64,000 nt of DNA from the NCBI GenBank assembly GCA_963785755.1, contig CAWAXG010000013.1, positions 1,260,419 through 1,324,418 of the forward strand. The letters run 5' to 3'. The DNA is from an uncultured Acidobacteriota bacterium (GTDB lineage: Bacteria; Acidobacteriota; Vicinamibacteria; Vicinamibacterales; 2-12-FULL-66-21). The position numbers were made by a program, and so were the translations under genes. This document shows, one piece after another, positions 17,957 through 25,874 of the stretch (positions are counted from its first letter, which is position 1; each line of letters opens with the position of its first letter). The notes under the pieces were generated by a model. The model searched no databases. It was not told the DNA's origin and saw only the letters and a program-made list of their open reading frames with translations.

Positions 17957-18334
17957 ATGCTTACCCGCCTATCCTCGTTAACTCTGGTGGTGATCGACGA
18001 CAACGAGCACATCCGGCGGGCCGTGGGCCGATTCCTGCGTTCTCATGGGCATCGGGTCCATGTCTTCGAATCGGCGGAAGCGTACCTCGAGCGAACCTGT
18101 GAAGCCGACTGCGCCATCCTGGACATCGACCTGCCCGGCATCAGCGGCCTGGAACTGCACGAACGCCTGAAGCAGGAGGGCCGCGACCTCCCGATCGTGT
18201 TCATCACGGCGCACGACGAGCTGCGGATGGTGGCGGCGGTGAAGGGGACGCAGTGGCCGCTGCTGAGGAAGCCGCTCGACGAGCATGTCCTGCTCGACGC
18301 GATCGCGCAGGCGACCGGCGATCGGACTCAGTGA
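17957..18334 (+). CDS. Stand-alone response-regulator receiver protein
   Basis: LVVIDDNEHIRRAV...AILDIDLPGISGLEL...PIVFITAH...LRKP. The ATG at 17957 is preferred over the TTG at 17945. Confidence 0.8.
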   Translation: MLTRLSSLTLVVIDDNEHIRRAVGRFLRSHGHRVHVFESAEAYLERTCEADCAILDIDLPGISGLELHERLKQEGRDLPIVFITAHDELRMVAAVKGTQWPLLRKPLDEHVLLDAIAQATGDRTQ

Positions 18335-18948
18335 GATTTCGCGCCCGGCAGCTGTGAGAGCAGCTTGACGAGCGCGGCGACTGAATCGATCTCGAGCTTG
18401 CGCATCGCGCGTCCGCGGTGCACCTTGACGACTTTTTCGCCGGTGCCGAGCTGGTACGCGATCTGCTTGTTGAGCAGGCCTTGCGCGACGAGCTCGCAGA
18501 CTTCCCGCTCGCGCCTGGTCAATCTGGCAAACCTGGCCTCGACCTCGCGCTCGGACTGGCGCTGCAGCTGCAGCGCCGCCGCCCGCGCGCCGGCCCGCTG
18601 AATCGCCTCGAGCAGCTGCGGCTCGTCCAGCGGCTTGACGAGAAAGTCGATCGCGCCTTCCCGCATCGCCCGCGCGGTCGACGGCACGTCGCCCTGACCG
18701 CTGAAGAAAATGATCGGATGGGTGACTCCCCGGCCGATCATGGTCTCCTGGACGTCGAGGCCATTCAGGCCCGGCATCTGCAGATCCAGGAGGAGACACG
18801 CGAGACCGTCATACGGCGGCCGGTCCAGGAACGCGGCTGGCGACGAGAAGGCTTCGACCGCGAAGCCGTTCGCCCGCAGCATCCGCTCGATCGCTTTCAG
18901 TACCAGGGGATCGTCGTCAATGACGAAGACACGCGGCTTCTCGTCCAT
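18328..18948 (-). CDS. FixJ/LuxR-type response regulator
   Basis: MDEKPRVFVIDDDPLV...LLDLQMPGLNGL...IIFFSGQGD...LVKP plus the HTH LTRREREVCELVAQGLLNKQIAYQLGTGEKVVKVHRGRAMRKL. ATG at 18946-18948. Its 3' end overlaps the convergent receiver gene by 7 bp. Confidence 0.9.
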   Translation of the reverse strand: MDEKPRVFVIDDDPLVLKAIERMLRANGFAVEAFSSPAAFLDRPPYDGLACLLLDLQMPGLNGLDVQETMIGRGVTHPIIFFSGQGDVPSTARAMREGAIDFLVKPLDEPQLLEAIQRAGARAAALQLQRQSEREVEARFARLTRREREVCELVAQGLLNKQIAYQLGTGEKVVKVHRGRAMRKLEIDSVAALVKLLSQLPGAKSH

Positions 18949-19120
18949 CGCAGCACGTCGCGGTGATTCTAGTGCACCACGAGGCCCCGGCGCGTCCGGG
19001 CACTCGTGATGCCCTCGCGATCCCGTCCACGCGGGTGGCACGGGCACCGGCGTCGCGCTCATCGATGGTCGACGGGTCGACAGGGTCGACGAGGTCGACA
19101 GGTCGACGTTCAGACCGGCA

Positions 19121-19921
19121 CTACTGTTTGCCTGGCCACGATCTACCGTAAGCCTCGGCCACAGTCCGCAGCTGCCCGGCCAGGCCCGACCAGATGCCTG
19201 CCGTCGTCGGCACCTGATTCTTGGTGACGAACGTCTGCAGCGTCGCGGCACGAGTCAGCACGCGCTCCCCTTCCGCGGAGCTGGGCTCGGCGTCCTCCAC
19301 CTTGTCTTTGAGGTCTTTCGCATCCTTGACCAGCTGATCAGCCTCGCGGACGATGGCCTCGCGCGACGACTGGGCCACCGTCGTGTTCTTCTTCAACTCG
19401 CTGTCGAGCGAACTTTTCACCCGGTTGGCGCCCTCGGCAACCTTTTCAAGCGTGTCGGCGAGCTCACGGTCGCCGATGCGGCGGACGGTTGGGTTCGGGC
19501 CCAGAGGAAAACTGGTGCCGTACGTCGCGGCAAGAATCTTGAGATCGGTGACCAGCCGGTTCCATTCACTCTCGCCCCGCGTGCCGGCGGGTTGCTGCTT
19601 GAAGAAGGCGTCAATCGCGGTCGCCTGGCGCAGTATCGCGCCGGCTTCGGCGCTCCCCGCGTATTCCGGCTTCAGCCGCTCCTCCATCCGATCGATGCTC
19701 TGCTGGAAATCGTTGAGGAAGTCATCGACCTTCACTTCACCCGACGAGCCGCGCACGATGCTGCTCTTCAACTTGTCGTCGAGCTCGTCATCGAAGCGGT
19801 CGCGCCCCTGCTCGATGCGCGTGACGAGCTCCTTGACGTCTTTATCGGTGAGCCGATCGGCGGCCAGAGCCGGCGACGACAACAGTGCCAGGACCCCGAA
19901 GAGCAGGACTGAGCGTTTCAT
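19121..19921 (-). CDS. Secreted hypothetical protein made of two tandem helical repeats of about 110 aa
   Basis: Signal peptide MKRSVLLFGVLALLSSPALA. Both halves end ...LAATYGTSFP and ...VAEAYGRSWP. ATG at 19919-19921. Confidence 0.6.
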   Translation of the reverse strand: MKRSVLLFGVLALLSSPALAADRLTDKDVKELVTRIEQGRDRFDDELDDKLKSSIVRGSSGEVKVDDFLNDFQQSIDRMEERLKPEYAGSAEAGAILRQATAIDAFFKQQPAGTRGESEWNRLVTDLKILAATYGTSFPLGPNPTVRRIGDRELADTLEKVAEGANRVKSSLDSELKKNTTVAQSSREAIVREADQLVKDAKDLKDKVEDAEPSSAEGERVLTRAATLQTFVTKNQVPTTAGIWSGLAGQLRTVAEAYGRSWPGKQ

Positions 19922-19977
19922 GACGTGAATCTCCCTCAAATGTGTTTGGCGGGCAGAGTATCCGGCGGCGGGGTCGC

Positions 19978-21603
19978 TCACAAGTTGGACCTTGGTCCAA
20001 TAGCCGTCCGCCGGCCGCCGGCCTCCCGCCGCTCGGGACAGACGATGCCGAGCTTTTTCATGCGGAAGCGGAGCGTGTTGGGATGCAGGCCCAGGCGCTC
20101 GGCCGCATTGCGGACACCGTTGATCCGCCAGCCGCACTCGGCGAGCACGGCTTCGATGTGCGCCCGCTGGATCGCGTCGAGGGTGTCGTCGGTCGCAGCC
20201 GGGGCGCGGCGCCGGTGGCGTCCGCACCCCTCGTCGAGCTGGAGTGTCTCCCCCGTCGTCTGGATCATCGCCCGCTCGATGACATTCTCGAGCTCACGGA
20301 CATTTCCCGGCCATGAATGCTGCTGGAGGGCCGCCATCGCGGTCGCCGGCACCTTGGTAATCCGGCGCCCGAGATCGCGCTGATGCCGGTTGATGAAGAA
20401 CCAGACGAGCGACGGGATGTCTTCCGGCCGTTCCCGCAGCGCGGGGAGGTGAATCGGGAAGACGCTGAGGCGATAGTACAGGTCGGCGCGGAAGCATCCC
20501 GCCGCGACGTCGGCTTCCAGGTCGCGGTTGGACGCGGCAATCACCCGCACGTCCACGCGCGTCGTCCGCGAAGACCCCACGCGCTCGAACTCGCCTTCCT
20601 GCAGCACGCGCAACAGCTTGGTCTGGATGTCGGGCGACAGGTCGCCGATTTCGTCCAGGAAGATCGTGCCGCCATCGGCCAGCTCGAACCGGCCATGGCG
20701 CATCGATACGGCGCCGGTGAAGGCGCCGCGCTCGTGTCCGAACAGCTCGCTCTCGATCAGCGTCGCCGGAAGCGCCGCGCAGTTGACCCGCACGAGCGTC
20801 CGCATCCGGCGCCTGCTGCGATCGTGCAGGGCCCGGGCGAACAGCTCCTTGCCGGTGCCGGTTTCACCCAGCAGCAGCACCGAAGTGTTCATCGGCGCCA
20901 CCTGCATGAGGCGCGTCAGGGCGAGGTGGAGCGCCGCGCCTTCGCCGACAATCTCGTCGAAGTCGTGGTAGGTCTTGATCTCCTCGCGGAGATAGACGTT
21001 GTCCGCGGCGAGCCGAGAGTTGAGCCGCTCAATCGTCACGAGGCTGGCGCGCAGCGCCGCTTCCTGCCGGCAGCGCTGCAGCGCGACGCCGAAGATCTCG
21101 GCAATCAGCCGCACGCGTTCGACGACCGGATCGGCCCACCGCGGCGGCGCTCGCCGCGTCCACACGACCAGCGCACAGACGATCTGCTCCGCCACCACAA
21201 CCGGCACGCCCAGCACGGACCAGCCGTCCGACCACCACGCGCCGTCGCGCTCTTCGACCGGGACATCTTCGATTCGGGAGACCGTGACCACTTCGCGGCG
21301 CGCCAGTCGATCCACCAGCCATCGCGGAAGGCACACCGGCGGGTCCCCGCCACTGATCGGCGGGACCCCGATCGGCCAGGTGTGCACCTCGCTTGCCGTT
21401 CCCCCTTCGCCGAACTCGATCAGCGCGGTGCCCTCGACGACGATGGCCCGCGCCATCTCTTGAAGCGCTCCCTCGATCGCCGGCCCGACCTCCTCGACCT
21501 GCAGCCGCGCGAAGCGTGAGGACAGGGTGCCGGCCAGCCTCTCGAACTCCGGCAGCTCGCCACCGGATCTCGGCCGCGACGACGACAAGGTCAAGAGTTG
21601 CAT
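19978..21603 (-). CDS. Sigma-54-dependent transcriptional activator (GAF-like sensor, AAA+, Fis-type HTH)
   Basis: 541-aa ORF with LLLGETGTGKELFA, ESELFGHERGAFTGA, GGTIFLDEIG, WPGNVRELENVIERA and the C-terminal AAERLGLHPNTLRFRMKKLGI. Confidence 0.92.
   Translation of the reverse strand: MQLLTLSSSRPRSGGELPEFERLAGTLSSRFARLQVEEVGPAIEGALQEMARAIVVEGTALIEFGEGGTASEVHTWPIGVPPISGGDPPVCLPRWLVDRLARREVVTVSRIEDVPVEERDGAWWSDGWSVLGVPVVVAEQIVCALVVWTRRAPPRWADPVVERVRLIAEIFGVALQRCRQEAALRASLVTIERLNSRLAADNVYLREEIKTYHDFDEIVGEGAALHLALTRLMQVAPMNTSVLLLGETGTGKELFARALHDRSRRRMRTLVRVNCAALPATLIESELFGHERGAFTGAVSMRHGRFELADGGTIFLDEIGDLSPDIQTKLLRVLQEGEFERVGSSRTTRVDVRVIAASNRDLEADVAAGCFRADLYYRLSVFPIHLPALRERPEDIPSLVWFFINRHQRDLGRRITKVPATAMAALQQHSWPGNVRELENVIERAMIQTTGETLQLDEGCGRHRRRAPAATDDTLDAIQRAHIEAVLAECGWRINGVRNAAERLGLHPNTLRFRMKKLGIVCPERREAGGRRTAIGPRSNL
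19979..20000. promoter_or_regulatory. CACAAGTTGGAC-CTTG-GTCCAA palindromic element (candidate operator or UAS)
   Basis: 24 bp (ctcacaagttggaccttggtccaa) identical to the copy ending at 21696. It overlaps the last 7 codons and the stop of the sigma-54 activator. It lies 58-79 bp upstream of the ATG at 19921. Confidence 0.45.
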
Positions 21604-21674
21604 GAATCACCTGCGTTCTGGGCTGATCCGCAATCAGCCGCACAAGTGTGAGGGTATGCAGCGCTGAGGGGCCT

Positions 21675-21696
21675 CACAAGTTGGACCTTGGTCCAA
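21675..21696. promoter_or_regulatory. CACAAGTTGGAC-CTTG-GTCCAA palindromic element in a divergent promoter region
   Basis: It lies 72-93 bp upstream of the activator ATG at 21603. A perfect TATAAT at 21707-21712 faces the + strand kinase gene. Confidence 0.45.
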
Positions 21697-21895
21697 CCGG
21701 GCACGCTATAATCCGGTCTCGCTCACGCTTGGACACCCTCGATGGGCCCTTCGTTCACCATCGGCCTCGCCCTGCTCGCCGCAGCGCACCCCGTCGCCCC
21801 AACGCTCCACGCGCAGACCAGCGCGACGCTGCTGGGCCGGGCCTTCGACGCGTCCGGGTCAGTCATACTCAGAGCCATGAAAGCCTCGTTCTGAA

Positions 21896-24178
21896 ATGCG
21901 CGCGACCGCCGCCCGATCCGTACTGCCGGCGCTCATCGTCGGCTTCGTGGTGCCGGCGCTGCTCGTTGCGGTGGCCGGAGCCCAGGCACCGTCCGCGCGG
22001 ACGGTGCTCACCGTGCACTGGAGCGCCGAGGACTTTCCGACCACGCCTCTGCTGGATGAAGCCATCCGGCGGGCCGTACTGTCCGGCTCCGACACGCCAG
22101 TCGACTACTTCGCGGAGTATCTGGAGTCCGATCGCTTCGCGCCGGAAGACGCCTCGGCGGCCCTCGCCGATTATATCCGCCGGAAGTATCGAGGCCGCCA
22201 CATCGACGCCGTCGTCGCGGTCTCGGATCCGTCGCTGGAGTTCGTCGAGCGCTATCGCGCGGAGCTCTTTCCCGACGCGCCGATCGTCGCATCCATGTCG
22301 ACCCTGCCGGACCCGAGGAGACGTGAGAGCGGCGCAGGCATCACCGGCATCCTGGGCGGTGTCGCCTACGACAAGACGCTGGATCTGGCGCTGCAGCTGC
22401 ACCCGGCGACCAGACGCGTGTTCGTCGTGGCGTATTCACCGAACTCACGCCTTGCGGACAGGGTTCACACGGCGCTGCGGGATGTCTCGGATCGCGTGCC
22501 GCTCACCTACCTGGAGGAGCCGTCGGTGGCGGGCCTGCTCGCGGCTGTCAGGGCGGTGCCCGCCGACAGTCTGATTCTCTTCATCCGCCATTCTCAGGAG
22601 GATCGCGGGGCCGTGCTGTTCCCGAACGAGGTCGCGCAGATGGTGAGCCAGGCCGCGCCGGTCCCCGTGTACGGGATCAGCGACTTGTACCTGGGATCGG
22701 GCATCGTCGGCGGCGTCGTCACCTCGAGAGAGCGGCTGGGGACTCGCCTCGGGCAGATGACGCGGCAACTCCTGGCAGGCGCGCGGGCGACCGGGATTCC
22801 GATTGAACCCGTGCCGCACGTGCCGACGTTCGACTGGCGGCAGATCCGGCGTTGGCGCATCGATGAAGCGGCGTTGCCGCCGGACGCGACCATCCGGTTC
22901 CGGCAGCCCGGCGCGTGGGAGCTCTATCGCGGGTACATCATCGGCGCGATCGCGCTGCTCCTGGTGCAGTCCTCCCTGATCGGCGCGCTCCTCGTTCAGC
23001 GGAGCCGGCGGCGCCGGGTCGAAGCCGCGCTGCGAGAAAGTGAAGCACACTTCCGTGTCACGGCGGACACGGCGCCAGTCATGATCTGGCGGTCGGGCGC
23101 GGACAGGACGTGCGACTTCTTCAATCTGCCGTGGCTCGCGTTCACGGGGCGATCGCTCGAACAGGAGCTGGGCGACGGCTGGACCGGCAGCGTCCACCCC
23201 GACGACCTCGCCACCTGTCTGGCGACCTATCGAGCGGCTTTCGATGCGCGTGAACCGTTCCGCATGGAGTTCCGCATGCGGCGGTTCGACGGCGAGTATC
23301 GCTGGGTCCTGGATACGGGCATTCCGCGCCGCGAACCGGATGGACGCTTTGCCGGCTATATCGGCTCCCGCCTCGATATCACCGATCGCCTGCTCGCGGA
23401 GACCGCGCTGCAGGAGGCGCAGGACGAGCTCAGACGCAAGTCCCGCCTGAGTGCGCTCGGAGAATTCGCGGCCAGCATCGCGCACGAGATCCGGCAGCCG
23501 CTGACCGCCATCATCATGAACGCGCGGAGCTGCCTCCGGGGAATCGGCGGCGGAGAACCGGATCTCGAAGAGCTGAAGGCCGGCCTGCTCGATGTAGTCG
23601 AAGCCAGTCAGCGCGCCGAAGAAGTGATCCAGCGCAATCGCCGGTTGTTCCGGGACAAGACGGTCGAGGTGGTCCCGCTCGACATCAACGCCGTCATCCG
23701 CGAAACGGTGGTCCTGGCGGCCGCGCGTCTGCGTGACAGCCAGGTGACGCTGATCACGGCGCTCGCCGACGATCTACCGGCCGTCAGCGGCGACCGCATC
23801 GAGCTCCAGCAGGTGCTGCTGAATCTCATCGACAACGCGGTCGATGCGCTGGACGAGGTCGCGGCCGGATCGCGTCGCGTCGAAGTGTCGTCATCTCTTG
23901 CCGAGGACCAGTCGGTGGTGGTCGCGGTCGCGGACAATGGCGTCGGATTGGCGCACGTCGACGTGCGGCGGATGTTCACGCTCGCCTACACCACCAAAGC
24001 CAAGGGGACGGGCGTCGGCCTCTCGATCAGCCGGTCAATCATCGACGCCCACCGCGGCCGGCTGTGGGCCGAACAGAATCCGTCGGGCGGCGCAATCTTT
24101 CGCTTCACCGTGCCGGTCCGGACGCCCGTCGACCTGGAGCGTCCGGCGCAGCGCGAACAGAGCGTCCCACAGATCTGA
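21896..24178 (+). CDS. Sensor histidine kinase (periplasmic substrate-binding-like domain, TM, PAS, HisKA, HATPase)
   Basis: 760-aa ORF with signal/TM VLPALIVGFVVPALLVAVAG, a second TM IIGAIALLLVQSSLIGALLV, SALGEFAASIAHEIRQPL and GTGVGLSISRSIIDAHRGRL. Confidence 0.9.
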   Translation: MRATAARSVLPALIVGFVVPALLVAVAGAQAPSARTVLTVHWSAEDFPTTPLLDEAIRRAVLSGSDTPVDYFAEYLESDRFAPEDASAALADYIRRKYRGRHIDAVVAVSDPSLEFVERYRAELFPDAPIVASMSTLPDPRRRESGAGITGILGGVAYDKTLDLALQLHPATRRVFVVAYSPNSRLADRVHTALRDVSDRVPLTYLEEPSVAGLLAAVRAVPADSLILFIRHSQEDRGAVLFPNEVAQMVSQAAPVPVYGISDLYLGSGIVGGVVTSRERLGTRLGQMTRQLLAGARATGIPIEPVPHVPTFDWRQIRRWRIDEAALPPDATIRFRQPGAWELYRGYIIGAIALLLVQSSLIGALLVQRSRRRRVEAALRESEAHFRVTADTAPVMIWRSGADRTCDFFNLPWLAFTGRSLEQELGDGWTGSVHPDDLATCLATYRAAFDAREPFRMEFRMRRFDGEYRWVLDTGIPRREPDGRFAGYIGSRLDITDRLLAETALQEAQDELRRKSRLSALGEFAASIAHEIRQPLTAIIMNARSCLRGIGGGEPDLEELKAGLLDVVEASQRAEEVIQRNRRLFRDKTVEVVPLDINAVIRETVVLAAARLRDSQVTLITALADDLPAVSGDRIELQQVLLNLIDNAVDALDEVAAGSRRVEVSSSLAEDQSVVVAVADNGVGLAHVDVRRMFTLAYTTKAKGTGVGLSISRSIIDAHRGRLWAEQNPSGGAIFRFTVPVRTPVDLERPAQREQSVPQI

Positions 24179-24235
24179 GTTCCGTTTCTCGGAGACGCCG
24201 ATAAGGATTGATTGCGGCGGATTCGCAATCCTTGC

Positions 24236-25093
24236 TCAGGCGAGCACACGCAGGACCAGGTCGGCCCACGAGATGGCGTCGTAGAACAGCACGACGACGA
24301 AGGCGACGACGTAGGCACGGCCAAGCCACGTCTGCCGCGGCTCGAGCTGGGCCAGGCCCATCACGAGCAGCAGCCATCCAAACCCCGCGACCGGAGCGAA
24401 GGCGTACGTCACTGCACAGAACGTCAGCAGCAGCGCGTGACGCAGCAGCGCGATGCGCCGCGTGGGCGGGATGAGCATCAGGAGCGCGACACCTGCTTCG
24501 AGGCCGAGGACGCCCCAGGTGGAGACGGTCGCGAACAGCCGCAGCCGGGCCGGCTCGTGAATCCTCACGGGATTCAGGAGCTCGGCGCCGTCAGGAAGAA
24601 GCTCCAGCGCCTGCCGGTTCGCGGCGAGCTCCTCGGCAGACAGCCCTCCGATCAGCTGCGCCGCCGCGCCGAAGCGCGGGTCGGTCAGGAGCGTGACCCG
24701 AAAGAACCGGCCGTCGAGAAAATCTGGCGCCAGCGCCACCTTCCACACCACTGCGAACGCAAAGGCCAGCCCCACCAGCCAGCGACTCGTGAACGCGAGA
24801 GCCGCCGGCGCGCCGCTCGCACGCAGTGACAACGCGATGGCGAGGATCCAGTACGCCAGCAGATAGATGTGATTGTCAGCGAGCGGCCAGTCATCCGCAA
24901 TTCGGAGCGCCGTCATCATCGCGACGCCGCCCCAGACGAACGGGTTCCGCAAGAGGCGGGGAGAGATCAGCACCAGAACGGCCGCGGCCAGAATGACCGG
25001 GCTCACGAACCAGGGGCCCATCGGCCGCAGCAGGAGCGCAATCGCGGTGAGCCGAAGCGCCGTGTCCAGCTGTGACCCGTCCGCCTCCGCCAC
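24236..25093 (-). CDS. Hypothetical polytopic membrane protein; start uncertain
   Basis: Multiple hydrophobic helices throughout. The ORF's first about 24 codons run through the family-C repeat, so the GTG at 25091-25093 is preferred. Confidence 0.5.
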   Translation of the reverse strand: MAEADGSQLDTALRLTAIALLLRPMGPWFVSPVILAAAVLVLISPRLLRNPFVWGGVAMMTALRIADDWPLADNHIYLLAYWILAIALSLRASGAPAALAFTSRWLVGLAFAFAVVWKVALAPDFLDGRFFRVTLLTDPRFGAAAQLIGGLSAEELAANRQALELLPDGAELLNPVRIHEPARLRLFATVSTWGVLGLEAGVALLMLIPPTRRIALLRHALLLTFCAVTYAFAPVAGFGWLLLVMGLAQLEPRQTWLGRAYVVAFVVVLFYDAISWADLVLRVLA

Positions 25094-25106
25094 GGGAGAG
25101 GACGAA

Positions 25107-25216
25107 GGGGTCAGGTCTTGTATTTCAACATGTGCCCCCCAACGTGCTTGGTTCGCTACTGACATCCTCGACTCAGACCAGCGCAGAGCCCATGTTGAAA
25201 TACAAGATCCGACCCC
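25107..25216. repeat. Family-C inverted-repeat element (ggggtcaggtcttgtatttcaacatg ... catgttgaaatacaagatccgacccc)
   Basis: 26-nt arms pairing at 24/26 around a 58-nt centre. The reverse complement of the right arm is identical to the left arm of the element at 36302-36357 (25/25). Confidence 0.8.
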
Positions 25217-25343
25217 AGCTTCGGCGGGGAGAAGACGACGCGGCCAGACCGTCAGCAGACGACGGCGCAGCGTCCGATGCCGGCGGGCTGGTCCAGGTGG
25301 TCAGCCCCAATCGACGCCAGGCCGTGCGCATCGATGCTCCCGG

Positions 25344-25760
25344 TCACGGCACGACGTAGACGAAGGTCCGGAGCGGCCGTTCTGATCCACGCAGCGTGAC
25401 GCGATCGAACTCGGCCCGCCACACCGACACGGTGACACGCGAGACGGCGCGCTGATGACGCCGCTCGCGGGCAGCGACGCCTTCGGCCAGTCCGCGCAGC
25501 AGCCGCTCGCCCGGAAAGGCGGCCGCACGAGCCGCAGCAAGCTGGAGCGACGGCGGAATCTCCAGCGACTCCGATCGGTCGGGGGCGTCTATGACGATGT
25601 CCACACCCCGGTACGCACCGTGATCCAGCGTCGAGAACATGCCGAACCCGCCGCCTTTCCACGGCGTCAGGCCGGCCGTCCGCGCCAGGCCGATCTGAAT
25701 CACGGCCACGACGATCAACAGCGCAGGCGGGAGGAATTTCAGCACGTCAGCTCGGATCAT
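25344..25760 (-). CDS. Hypothetical small membrane-anchored protein
   Basis: 138-aa ORF with the N-terminal TM LKFLPPALLIVVAVIQIGLA and the motif TPWKGGGFGMFS. ATG at 25758-25760. Confidence 0.5.
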   Translation of the reverse strand: MIRADVLKFLPPALLIVVAVIQIGLARTAGLTPWKGGGFGMFSTLDHGAYRGVDIVIDAPDRSESLEIPPSLQLAAARAAAFPGERLLRGLAEGVAARERRHQRAVSRVTVSVWRAEFDRVTLRGSERPLRTFVYVVP

Positions 25761-25795
25761 CGGCCGCTCGTTCTCGACTCGCTGCTGCGCGCTCG

Positions 25796-25825
25796 GGTCC
25801 GCCTTCGCTGAAGCTACGGCGGACC
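25796..25825. terminator. REP/terminator-like stem-loop (GGTCCGCC ... GGCGGACC)
   Basis: 8-bp perfect stem with the 14-nt loop ttcgctgaagctac. It lies downstream of the patatin-like gene end and shares AAGCTACGGCGG with 15754-15769. Confidence 0.45.
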
Positions 25826-25874
25826 TCGCCGAAGCGCCAAGGCGCGTAGGCGGGCGTGGCGAGTGGCGAATCGC

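Noticed and set aside
19922-19977. A sigma-54 (-24/-12) promoter upstream of the secreted-protein gene next to the activator.
   Set aside because: No TGGCAC-N5-TTGC-like element, or even GG-N10-GC with sensible flanks, was found by eye in the 56-bp spacer. The nearest GG...GC pairs have the wrong spacing.
21707-21712. Perfect TATAAT as a defined promoter for the kinase gene at 21896.
   Set aside because: No convincing -35 hexamer lies at 16-19-bp spacing; the closest is TTGGAC at 20 bp. It is mentioned only as context for the palindrome.
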